A DNA stretch of 62,733 nt, the filler included, from Choristocarpus tenellus KU-1152 (lineage: Eukaryota; Protista; Phaeophyceae): the NCBI GenBank assembly GCA_964200185.2. It is 9 parts of 9 records of this genome, joined end to end, with 100 filler letters (N's around TTAATTAATTAA, not from the genome) between each part and the next. Parts side by side here need not be neighbours in the genome. Positions count along the whole stretch, not along the records: positions 6,085 to 14,137 come from CAXNAD020005218.1; positions 14,238 to 17,816 come from CAXNAD020019139.1; positions 17,917 to 29,948 come from CAXNAD020002018.1; 6 more parts are not named here. One strand, given 5' to 3'. Shown here piece by piece: positions 13,623-25,900 of this stretch (position 1 is the stretch's first letter; each line of letters opens with the position of its first letter). Below the pieces are notes generated by a model that worked only from the letters and a program-made list of their open reading frames with translations, had not been told where the DNA came from and did no database searches. The translations under genes and the position numbers were made by a program.

Positions 13623-13879
13623 GGCCCAAAGCATTTAAGAGGGTAGGATTTTGCCCTGTTTGTCCATTCGGGGCTTTGCTTAGTGTTAGGGTTTTTTATG
13701 ACCTTGTTCGGTTTTATGTGTGAACACAGTTACCTAAAATGTATACAACTATGAAAAGTGTCTGGAGCAAGGATATTGACACTTGCTAACATATATGATA
13801 GCCAAAATTAACCAAAATCGAAACATTGGATTTATGACCCCAAAAAGACGTGGCCCTACCCTCTTAAATGATTAGACCC
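13623..13879 (-). mobile_element. Diverged MITE family A copy, TSD TTGA
   Basis: TTGA|GGCCCAAAGCATTTAAGAGGGTA...TACCCTCTTAAATGATTAGACCC|TTGA; interior matches family A (ttttgccctgtttgtccatt, gatattgacactt). Confidence 0.8.
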
Positions 13880-13887
13880 TTGAGTAA

Positions 13888-14075
13888 GGCTCAAAGTATC
13901 TGGGAGGGGATGGTGGCTGTCCGTTTGGGGGCAACTTTTTAATGTCGCAATTTTTGTGTGATTTGGTGGCATACGTTAGATGGATACTGTAAATACACTT
14001 TTCCTGATTTTGACCCAAATGGACCCCCTGGTGTAGACCCCCCCCCCCCCCCCCCCCCCCTCTTCTCTGATTTTC
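13888..14075 (+). mobile_element. MITE family B copy (~180 bp, TIR GGGTCAAAGTATCTGGGGG)
   Basis: GGCTCAAAGTATCTGGG...ggctgtccgtttgggggc...caaatggaccccctggtgtagacccc; matches copies at 30049, 37412, 46997, 49031 and 56476. Confidence 0.85.
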
Positions 14076-14306
14076 TCCAGCTCCCCCCTTCTCCTGTTGT
14101 TTTCTTTTTTTTTTTCGCGCGTTGGTTTTTTTTTTGTNNNNNNNNNNNNNNNNNNNNNNNNNNNNNNNNNNNNNNNNNNNNTTAATTAATTAANNNNNNN
14201 NNNNNNNNNNNNNNNNNNNNNNNNNNNNNNNNNNNNNTTGGTGGTTAGTGGGGGTGTAGGAGGGGGGGAGGGAGGGAGGTGGGGAGGGAGGGGGGGGGGG
14301 GGGGGG

Positions 14307-14340
<34 letters not shown>

Positions 14341-15707
14341 GTTAGGTGGGAGAGTGCCTAGCACAGTGCTCGTGGAAATTTTGCTGCATCTCTGCAGCTT
14401 GCTTACTGTAGCGCCCCCTTCGGGGATGATAATGTATGAAAAATTAGACACTTGCCTCACAACTACCTCAGGGCTAGTTATATCTGAAGCCTGGTGTATG
14501 TTTTGACTTAAACTGGTCCAATGATTTAAGGTCTTGAAACAAATCTCTTTGTCTTACATGACTCGAAAATGCAGTCATGTAGCAATGAGTTGAGAAACTG
14601 CTTGCCCTAGTGTCATTAGCAATCAAGCAACAGGAGAAGTGGTTGAAGGGTACAGATTGTGGGGCCAACACAATCAATTTTGTGAAAACAATGAATGGCA
14701 TGCAACATGTGAACAAGAGTGGATATACAGAAGAGGCTCATGTGTGATGAGCTCAACAGTGAATAATCACATTTTTGGTATGTACAATGCAGTGGATACA
14801 CAAAGGTTAATTTATTTGTGACCAGATCAAGAAATGCATACCCACTACTGCCCCATTGTGCATTGTATGGCAAGGTTGCTCTCCTACCCCAACTTCCTTC
14901 CCAGTATATACCTTGGAAGCCTTTCATCCTATTTTTCACCTTACGGTCGAACATATATTGCTGTGTGCAAGTATCCCTTAGTAGTTGCTACTTTCATTTG
15001 TTTCAGGCATGAATTGATCTCGTTTGCAGTCTCTAACCCTTGTTTGAGAAGATGAAACAAATTTGTGATTTGAGAATTGCCACAATGAATGTATGAGTAA
15101 CAAATCAGATGTTGCCTTTAGTTGTAAGGACTACTCCAAGAAGCCACCCTCTCTCAGTGAAATATTCGACCTCACAAATGCCAAAACAAGCTTACAAAAA
15201 ACAAACAAATCGAAAGCATTAAATGTTCAAATATACCCCTTTCATGGCAACTCAAGAAAAGTGGGAGCAATGACATGGTATTCAATAAGGCAATTCCACA
15301 CATACTACGTAGATTCAAATTGACTACACAAGATGATACACCACCTAAGCACAGAAAGGGAGGTCACTGAAGACATTCACTGTTTATGCTTGCAGTGTCA
15401 TTCTCATTTTAAAAAATCCATTCAAGCAGCCTGCAAAAAATGTGACTTGCGAGTTCAAACCCTCTCTTAAAACAGCCTATATCCTCGCTCTGCGCATCCA
15501 TTCCAGTCCTCCCTTACCCCCCTCCCTCTACCTACACAGCATAGGCTGAATGAAATTAAGGGACACCATGACAGGAACAGTTGAAGCATGAATACTCTAC
15601 CCCCCCTCCCTATCCCTGATCGAGTCACATCTCTCAACTTGCACTAGTCCCCACTACAAATCATCACCGGTTGACAGAGACGGGGACAAACACGCCTTTT
15701 GATGACA

Positions 15708-17499
15708 TCAACAGTTGTGTCCCTGCAGAAGGTTGACAATGCGTGGCAAGAGAGGTGTCAACGAACCCATATTCTCTTTTACAGCTTTGACACTACCAGG
15801 GAGGGTGACCACAAGAGTATTGTTGCGGGTCCCTGAAACGGGCCTTGAAAGCACAGCCAAGGGTGTAAACTTGAGGCCGCCTTGGTAGATGGCGTGGACT
15901 ACACCTGGGGCCTCTCTATGAAGGAGTGTGGAGGATGCCAACGGGGGGTGGGGGGCATGTGTGGTACTGGTTGAAATGGGTGATAACTGGGAAAAATGGG
16001 AAGGTTAACAACTTGAGAGTACCAGAGGGGCTGCACATGTCCTGAGTAAAGGCAGTTAGTTGAGCACATTCTTGTGGTTCATAACCTCAAAAGAGGTAAG
16101 TAATGTTCTCACCTGTGCAGCAGGGGTCGGATGGCTTCAGGGGTCGTATCTCTCCGCCCAAAGCCTGTTCCTCCTGATGTGAGGACGAGGTCAACTTTGA
16201 GGTCATCGCACCATCTCGTCACTGCCGCCTGCAATCATAGAGAGGTTGTCAGGACTAACCTGGCCTCTACAAGTTTGGGTGCTAAGAGATGTCACATCAG
16301 GATGACCTCAGTAGAATGAAAGATGCTATTAATACTTGATGAGGAAAAGACAAGGCAGGGGGACCTTGGGACTATGATGTCCTCAGGGAGCAGGGGTAGC
16401 TCTCTTGAGGGAGGCGTTGGCCAAGTTCAAAGGGACGAGAGATGCCAGGCCTCTCATGTTTTCAATCATCCATGTGCTAATAATTGTTTTGATAGCTTGT
16501 TAAATGCCACTCGAAACTAGTGTTTGGGCATTATCAAGATATCCTCCTCTTAGCAGGTCCAGCTGTTGAAAGGCTTGTGTCCAAGGAGGAAGTGCTTCTT
16601 TCACACCTATCATACCTGGATTTCGTCAGGCTCATCGGGTACTACTTTGGTCTCCACCACAGTGGCCTCGAATAGCAAGTCCTGTGAAACCCACAGTGTG
16701 ATTTTGCAACAGGTTGGGGGGGGGGGGGGGGGAGGGGGGGGGGGTTGAAAAGAAAGGGGGGGGCGTTCCCCCGCCGGCGTGGGGGGGGGGAGGATATAAN
16801 NNNNNNNNNGGGGGGGGGGGGGGGGGAAGAGGAGGAGTTAGTAAGACAATGGTGGTGCCTTCACCCACAGTCTGATGTTGGTGGCAGTAATCATGATCTG
16901 CGCATTCGGGCTACTTCAATAGACTGTCCAAACATTTCAGGAACATTGTTAAAGTTCGCCCATGTTTCCTTCATCCATCCATCCATACTCACACACAAAT
17001 AGTTATTTATATTTATGCAAGTGTTGCTGAGGACTGAAACACTTTGTTCCCGGGAGGGAAAGGGCGGAAATCCTCCTCCTCCTCCTCACGATGCAGAACA
17101 CACACGATTCACTCTTCCATAAGACAGTAACTGTGTCACTCACCGAGAAAAGAGATACGCTGTATACTGCAACAGTCACTTGGAAGACAGCAACAGCACA
17201 ACAAGCAGGGTAAACATCTCAACGAAACGGGTACAATTCAGGAGTAAGAAAAAAAAACAAGTCCCTCAAGCTTCAGGGGCAGTGCCCGGGTACACCATAC
17301 TTTTGAACAAATTGATGTAAAAATGTAAAATGCAAATTGCCCAATAAATTGAGAAGGACACACCAAACAAAACATAGGCACCCCACCTCCTTGCCCAGAA
17401 ATTCACGCATTGCAGGCCCACTGAGGTCCTCGTACACCCCCTGAGAAGCCCTGTCACTTACAGTCAGCAGGCAAGCTGAGATCTTGGTCTTTTCCCCTC
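15708..17499 (-). CDS. CNX1: Molybdopterin adenylyltransferase MogA/Cnx1G (gephyrin G) domain; 3' exons 17499-17387, 16681-16616, 16228-16113, 15915-15708; 5' part missing
   Basis: Spliced product has [63 protein letters not shown] and [12 protein letters not shown], all hallmark MogA motifs; canonical GT-AG junctions with matching phases. Confidence 0.93.
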
Positions 17500-18024
17500 C
17501 TGAATGTGAGACACACACACACACACAATACACAATTGTTGCCGGAGTGCAGCAATTGGCTCAGTAGTGTGTGAGCATGGCTTTGATGTGTCAGTCAACA
17601 TAGCGACCAATCACATACATGCAGAGAGATAGAGAAAGAGATACCTCACGAATTGAAACACTTACAGCAATCACAATTTGATCCATCAGGGGTATGGGAA
17701 GTTGGATAATACCCCGATTCATACTCAAGAACTCTATGTGCCAGAACCAAATTTAAAAAAGTTATCAAGTGGCAATTTGGGCGAGAACACAACCTTTCGG
17801 GCCAAGATGGGGGGGGNNNNNNNNNNNNNNNNNNNNNNNNNNNNNNNNNNNNNNNNNNNNTTAATTAATTAANNNNNNNNNNNNNNNNNNNNNNNNNNNN
17901 NNNNNNNNNNNNNNNNGTTTGGCCTGTGTGGCGATACTGAATCCCCCCCCCAAGATTTGCGGGCATCTTTTTTACGTCTTTTCCAGACTTTCTGTGAGCA
18001 CACACACGTGACTTACAAATCAAC

Positions 18025-19330
18025 ATGAACCACGACGGTGAGACAAGGAGAGCCTCCGAGACCACTCTGCCCACTGGATCTACCCCCGGTACCTTCTCTG
18101 TCGAGAGGTGACGGAAAAGCAAGTACTATGTGTCACTCAGTGCGATGTTAGGTGACGAGAAAGTGCGAGTAGTGTGGTGCAGCAGCATGATCAATTCACG
18201 ACACTGACGATGAGAGAAGATGCATTGAAAGCATTACCACACAAACGTGATTGGGTCTTCAACCACGTCGGAGTATTGCTCTGCAGTCCCTGCCGCCTCG
18301 GGAAAGCAGGAAGAGAGTGGCGAGTCCATCACCAGGTGGTACAGTTACAAAGTTTGTAGGGAAACCTGTTCACGGCGGGCAAAGAGAGAACCGAGGTGGC
18401 CGGCCAAAGGGAAGATTGGGGAATAGAGCAGTACGACTACATGTCATTGCGCTGAGGAATCGCCTAAGTGAAAACCTGGGTGTAGAATATCTTAGTAGTC
18501 GGCAATAATAGTGGGTCCTGACTGTTTGGAAGCTGTACGATCCGGAGTGGCTTCAGGAAACAAGAAAGAAGGTGTTAGGGTTGGGCTACAAGGGCTCTAA
18601 AGTCTGAAAGAAGGTCGAAAGGGCTCGCAAGGCGGAGGAGAAACGATCATAACAAGGGCAGCTGTGGAGACTTTTCGATACCAACAAATCCTTTACTTAG
18701 AAGAGGTCGCGAAGCAGGTGGAGGTAGCCATCGACGAGGACACCAGGGAAGAAGAGGAGGTGAGATTGAGACTATTTGCACACCGGTGGTTTATTGTCTC
18801 CCACTTCTTGCAACATGCTGTGCATTCACTTTGTTCCTAGACTTGGGGTTGGACGTTATAAAGTTGATTAAGACTTTCTCCCAGCCTGCATTCATTCGAG
18901 AAATCAACACAACTTTCGATCAACTCAAGTCTGTCCTCCCTCGCCCTTGCGCCTTGATGATAAACTATCGCCCGTCCAGGAAACATGGATGACGCCCATT
19001 TCCGACGCCCAACGAGGAAATGTTACAGATAAGGCTCTAACACTGTGAATTCTGTACGTGTGTATGTATGACGGGAAAGACCGTCAAATGGCCCTCGAGA
19101 TGGCAGCAGGATATGCGATGGTCAGGTCGGAAACTGTGAGTAAATGGGAGAGAGACTTCCTAATTAAGGGTCACATCAAGTTGTTGGAGCAAGGTCGCTA
19201 TGAGACGCGTTTCTTCCTGGGCCTCGACGAGGACATCCTTGCCGAGGTCAAAGAATGGGTGCGCAAACATAGAGGAAGAAAGGGTAGGGAGGCGTTTTTC
19301 CCGTCTAAACTTTATACTTCAATCAAGTAA
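18025..19330 (+). pseudogene. Probable DNA-transposase N-terminal remnant (HTH-like region)
   Basis: 19058-19330 RSETVSKWERDFLIKGHI..EQGRY...DEDILAEVKEWVR resembles the DNA-binding region of eukaryotic DDE transposases; upstream fragments are broken by stops; no DDE core seen. Confidence 0.4.
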
Positions 19331-19919
19331 TAGTACATCTGTTCCCACTCTTGGTGACCTAGAATTCAGCTTGGCTGTAGTCTGGAGCCCCCCATCACGA
19401 ATATGGTCTTAATCTGTTAATGCCATGTCCACATCAAAGAAGTTATGATAGAATAACCATATTGGTTTTACTGTAGCAACTGATTTCAGAAGGGGTAGGA
19501 TAGTCGTAGTAGAATAGATTAATATTGGTTTGTTTTGATATTGAAGGACTGGGTCTATTTTTTGTTCTTTTGGAAGAAATTCATAGAAGAAGTCAAATTT
19601 AATATATATTTAATATTGTCGTTTAATGCAAAAAATATTATTTCAAGTACATAATAAAACTATTTTTTTCAAGTTGACAAAATTTCACACAATTGCAAGT
19701 CTTCTCTACTTTTCATCTTATTCCTTCAATTTTCGGGTAATAGGTTCCTATTCGTATGGATAGTATGTAGGATAGACTATATCTGCAAAAGGACTAGGAA
19801 TATTTTTAACCGAAGGACAATCGTTTGATCCTCTGTACCTACATAGATGTCCAAGCGTGAGAGTGTTCCTGTATATATCTACAGGGGATCTCCACCAATA
19901 TACCAACCAGCGAACCGCA

Positions 19920-22900
19920 ATGAACACTCGACCCTACGTAAGGCCGCGATCTCGAATTTCAGGTCATCATAGGCCTACTGATACCCGCGTTCATGATTCG
20001 TCAATGCACCATGAGAGAACATTATCCTCAGTGGAGGTTCAGATCGAGAACCTCATTCTTTGGCTACAGCCTTCTCGTCAGGCAGAGGAACGGCGACAGT
20101 GAGTCTCTTGATGGGAGTGCAACCTCTAAATTCCTTTGTGGGCATTGACCATCTCCCAGTATTTCGCCTTGCCTCTGATGGTCTGTTCCCTTCTTGCGTC
20201 TAGTGGTTTGTTCCCTTCTTGCCTCAACGTCCAAGCAATTCTCTATTACAGATTCCACTCTCTTGTATGGGGATCAAAGTATCACTGTTCGATTAGAGGC
20301 GTAGGAAACGTGCGCTTGTTCTGACTACATTTTATTGCAATTTGTTTAAACTCCATTCTCATTTACAGGGCGGTTTTCGACCATGTTCGGACCATTGTGC
20401 GGGAGCAAATTCCATCTTGTGAGGTGTTTCCTGTAGGCTCATTCCCGCTCAAGTCTTACTTGCCTTGTTCGGATGTAGATATGGTGATGTTCATACCCAC
20501 CTCAGGGTCAGACGGCGAGGGGAGCTCATCTGAGCGAGGTGGAGAGGCCTTGGGTCGGACTGAGATGCCGTGGGCATGTACGACCGATAGGAGTGATGGA
20601 CTGTTGGAGGTTAACCAGGCATTATGCAGGGCATCTCTTCAGAGAGGCATGGATCGGGGAGACAGCAACATGGGTAGGATACACGGAGCAGAGGGTAGCC
20701 CTGGCGACCAGCGGGGACTAGAGATTCGAAATGTCTCGTTTGTGAATGCTCGAACGCCTATGGTAACGATGCGGGTGGGAAACATTGTTGTTGATCTGAC
20801 GGAAAATCAATTGGGGAGCATAGCTGCAGCTGCCCTGTTAGAGGAGGCGGATAAGCTCATCAGGCATGGTCACCTCTTCAAGCGCAGCATCCTTCTGCTC
20901 AAAACTTGGATGCTCTGCGAAGCCCCACGCCTTGTGGGTCAACGAGTATTTGGTGGAAAGGATAGTGGGCTCACAAGCTATGCTCTCTCCATCTTAGTCC
21001 TGCTTCTGTTCCAATCCGCAGAAGTAGCAAAGACACTCCAACACCCTGTTGACGTATTGCTCCGTTTTTTCCGAGTCTACTCAACTGTGGACTGGGAGCG
21101 AACGTGCTTCACATTCAGTGGGCCGTTATCGATGGATGAATCGGGGCACATGAGTTCTTCAAATCGCACAAGATCACGCAAGTCCCGGCTGTGGCGCCTC
21201 GTCAACCGGGTGCGAGCACAAGCGTGCCATGGGGAGAAAATAGTGAAGGGATGGCGGGGTAGGGGCCCTTACGATGAAGATGGTGAATCAAAGTCAAAGA
21301 AGTGTTTGAGGCGTGATAGTTGTGATGAGGTGAAGTTCCCGCTTCGATTTTGCAATGTCCAGGATCCGCTCAATCCTCTCAACAATCTGGGGCATTCTGT
21401 GAGTCATCGGACCCTAAAGGCTCTGCAGTGTGCCCTTAGCAAAGGGCGACATCACCTTGAGTATATTGTTGCAGGTTGCGCCATGCCTATTGCACAGTCA
21501 TCACCTGTGACAGAACAGACGGTACAAATCAGTGAGGATGGACTGTTGGCCACAGGCAGGGGAGCACAGACTGATGAGTCACATGGTGGTGGAAATGATG
21601 ATGTTGTGGCTCATCAGGCAGGTAGGGGGGGGTTCCCTGTTTATGGATACTGGTCATCTGCTGGTTGGCTAGATGATGGGCAAGCAGAAGTGATTGGGGC
21701 AAAACCAATCACCAGCTTGCTGCCAATGGTCCCCATGGAGATGATGAACCCTTTTCCCCCACACCCCACAACCCACCAGCAGATGCCTATGCACCATGGT
21801 ATCGTTATGAATACTCTGTGTCTGTCTGCTGTGAAGCCTCTTCTGCTGGCTCAGGACCCTGACTGGCTGCATCCGCATCAAACTTTGCAAGTCCCCTACA
21901 TGTTTCATCCGCATGGTGCACCACATATCCTCTTCCCAATGTTGGACCACCAACAAGTGCTTACGTATCCTCCTCCAGTTGACCCAACCCATGGATGGGG
22001 TACTTGGGAGATTGAGGAGTCCCAGTGGCAGGGGGGGGAATGGGGACAGACTACCTATAGTAGAGTTGGGGTTGGTGTGCCACAGCACGAGGACACAGAG
22101 CTGGATGAGCATGGAAATGGTCAAGAGGATGAGCCTATTGATGAAAGGACTGAGGAGATAGTGAATGAGGTGATGACGGATGGGGGGGTAGGTGGGCAGG
22201 AGCATAAGGAAGAAAAGAAGGAAAAGGTACCCATATCCCTACCAGAGCATCAAGGAGGGGAGGGGGATGACAAGCAATCATTGAGCACATCTACAATCTC
22301 CGTAACAGAATCATGGGATGATTGCAAAAAGGACCACCCAAACCATTCTGCAAGGAAGGAAGCTTGTGAAGAGGTCCCTCATTTGGGTAGAGATGATGAG
22401 AGGAAAAGTGGATCCCCTCCCACAGAATGGGTCAAAAATGAGGGAGGGAGTGGGGGAGAATGGTTCTTGCATGCGTTCTTTCCAGAGACCTTCCGTCGCT
22501 GGACTTCAGGAGATGGCTTCCGTGAAGATCTTCTAGACCATCCATGCCAACAGTGGAGTATGCTGCAGTCTACAACTCGGCAAGACAATTATTTTCTCAA
22601 GGGTAGGGGCAATAAGCTGTACTCTGCTTTGCATTGTGCAATGACTATTTCTGGCAGGACTGAAGTGGCAGAGGACCGCCTTCAAGAGCCGAGTTTGCAT
22701 CCTGAGAACAGTGAGGGTGAGCAGTCCTTTGAAGAGGGGTGTGTATTGGCCGGTCCCTCCAGAGGCAAGGGGAGCTTAGATGGCAATGCAATGGGCAAGA
22801 TTGGGGAAAGTATGGGTCAGAATCAAGGTCCAACACAGGTTGAAGGTGTGGGTGAGGGTATGGGTACAGATAGAGGAAAGGCAAGGCTAGCCACGGAAGG

Positions 22901-25900
22901 TTTGGAGGCAAGCCAGTCAGACGCAGGAGCCTTATTAGAAGGGTGTGAATCCAGTCTTGCTGCTCCTGATGGTGAGGTGAGCTTGGTGTTACTTACCACT
23001 ATATGCAAGCGTGCGTGAAAAGTAGTTTTCACAACCAATTGCCTTACTGTATTATCTGGAGTTTATGAGATGCTTAAGCCAGAAGAAAAAGTGTCAATTA
23101 TGTCTTCAAAATGCTTTTTCAAGAGTAAGCTGATTGACTCTGTGTTGCTCTGTAGCACTCTAGCTGTAACTGTATTAGTGAAGTAGGTTCCAGGCATATT
23201 GCTCTAAACAAGTATGCTCCACTAAAATCAAATAGAGAAGTTGGACCAGGTGCAGTTTGTATATTGGTTTCTCTAACCTTGACTCCAATGCCTGGTGTAA
23301 GCAGGTGCTGTACTTTGCAACAGTGTGAAGCAGTCAAGTACACTGACTAAGCCAACTGTGCAACATCCATGAAAACCTTACAAATATATCCACCTTGTTT
23401 GATTTAAAACTTACTCGTACTCTGAACGCCTTCCTGAGATTTTATCTGATACAAGGTGGATAGCCTCAAAACAGTTGGTTTGATCTTACTTGGGTTATGA
23501 TTTTCCTATAAATATTGACAGAAACTTGATGTTTGATTGCCCATTGCCGTACCGAGACCCTTGCTTTTGACTGCCCTCCCTGTGAATGATGAAGTATGAG
23601 ATTGGTGCTTGACAACAGATAGCCTCTATCCAGGAGGTCAACAGGAAATATAGGTAGAGACTACCAGTGTGAGCTTCATCGTTGTACAGGCGTATCATTG
23701 TGATGGGGTCTCAGATGAGCCGGTTGTCACTCTCTCAGATAGATGTTGCCAGCAGATAAAATGTGGATCAATTACCATGTTGGCAACTTACTGTGGTCAC
23801 ACCCTCTTCGGCCAAAAGGATAGTAAGAGTTTTGCTTTCAGGCACCCTTAAAAGATTATTTTAACGTTTGTTTCTTTTTTTTGTTTTTTTTTTGTTCCTG
23901 ATTTTTTTATTTTCTCGTTTGTTATACTCTTGATGCTTCATACATGGATGTTGATGGGGAAAAATTGATATCATTTTGGACTGGTGAGGACTGGATTTGA
24001 GGTCCTCGTATTTCGTAGTGGTTTTGCTCTCTCTTGATAATACTGTAAGGGAAAGAGGTATGTCAGATATGTGCCACTGCTAAAGCTAGAACCCAATTTA
24101 AATCTTCTATGTTCTCGTCCAGGTGGTCCCTCTTGCTTTGGAAGTTTGTAGTGCAGGAGAGATTGCCAGCCAGGCCTGTGGTACAGGAACTATGCCCAAG
24201 CCTGTTTCAACATTGGTACAGACCTGCTCTGTCACAACTGGCCCTCCAACTTTGTTTGGAAGTGAGGGTCAACTTGCTTGGCCTCCTTTGTCGTCCTCAG
24301 GAGGACATGTCAAGGGTGGCAGACCTAGAGCGTGTGAGGTAGGATCAATAGGCAGTGAGTGCAGATGCATCGGGCCAGGTGGGACTGTGTCTCCAGGACA
24401 ATACCAGCAGGCATCAGGCATGGGTCAAGGTCGTCTCCATTTGGCATGGGTTAATAATAGAGGGAGAATGGCTACCACAGAGCCAGGAAGCACCCTTTTG
24501 AATGCTCAACAGTGTCAGCACCAGAAGGTTGTGGGACAAAGCTCTATCTTGAGTTCAGTAGGTGATTCAGGGTTAGAGGTACCACCAGTCCAACCATCCT
24601 CGTCTGTTGACCTTGAGATCTCCATTAATAGCACCACTCAGGTGTGGAATGGGGGTTCATGGGAGGATTGTTTTCCAGTTGCAGTCCAGTCAGTCCAGTC
24701 CAGCAGTGTCGTCGAGCAAAATATGGAGGCATTACCTCCATCAGGGGGTGTGAAATCTACCGAGTTGATGGCTGATGCTGCTCCTGTAGATGAGGTAGTG
24801 GCGGCAAGCATGCCTATTGAGGTTGTGCAGTTCCACCAGTCTGAAGACTTGAATCGTCATGCCCCAACAAAGGCTGCTGGGGCAACTAGCAGAAATAGAG
24901 TTGTTGAAGTGGGAGGGGATGGGAAGAACATTGTGTTGGTATCATCCAAGGCATCAGTCATAGTTGAAGAGTGGGGGGTAATGGCTCATGTTGATGTTCC
25001 TGAATGTGAGCCCAAGGGGGATGAGCTCAATGTGATTTCATTGCAAGAGCGAGGTGTACCAGAAGACTTGGCAGTTTCAAAAGCAACCTCTTGGACTCCT
25101 GATGACCCTGCCCTCTGTAAGGGACGTTCAGCGATCGGGTTGGAAGGCGTTGGCAATGACAGTGTGGATGTTATGAACAACAAGGAATGCAAAGTTGTGT
25201 GCATCCCACTGGGTGGTGCAACCGCATGGGGTGTGATAAGTGCTGGGGATACCATCGGGAACAAGAACAAAAAAGCCAGGGACCAGGGGAACACAGTACT
25301 GTCAACTCGTCTGCTACAGAATGTTGGTGAGGAGGAGCTGAGTCCAGCACTGAGCTGGGTGACTAGAGGTGATGCTCTTAGCATGGGGAATGACAGTGCC
25401 TCTCTTGATGGAGATGGGTTGTCATTGGGTAGCTGCTTTCAATGGATGAAGGATGGTGCAATCATCCCAGGGGCCATCAGGTAGGAGACATTTAGGTCAC
25501 CGCCCACCTTTTTGCTTATTCTGTGTTTTGTGAGTTTTTATTTTCCATTTTTTCAAAGCATGTTTGTTGTCCTATGGTATACCAACCCCCCCCCTTCACC
25601 TGGTGTGTGCTCATCAAATTCATACGAATTTTTTGAGATATAGTGTTCAGATCTAGATTCAAAGGGGTTTTTTTCTTTTTTTTTTGGGACTGGACGACTT
25701 GAGTCCTAGTGGTCGCTCACGGCTCACAGATACCCTTCCCTTGGTGCTTCTGCCCTATACCCTCCATCCTCACCCCCAACAAAATTTACCAGATCAAGAT
25801 ATTCTATCTCTAATGTTTCATTGAAGGATGAAGGAACCTACACATGCCACATCACTACAATCGGGAAAGAGACGAACGAAACGTCTCTGTGGGCAGAGGT

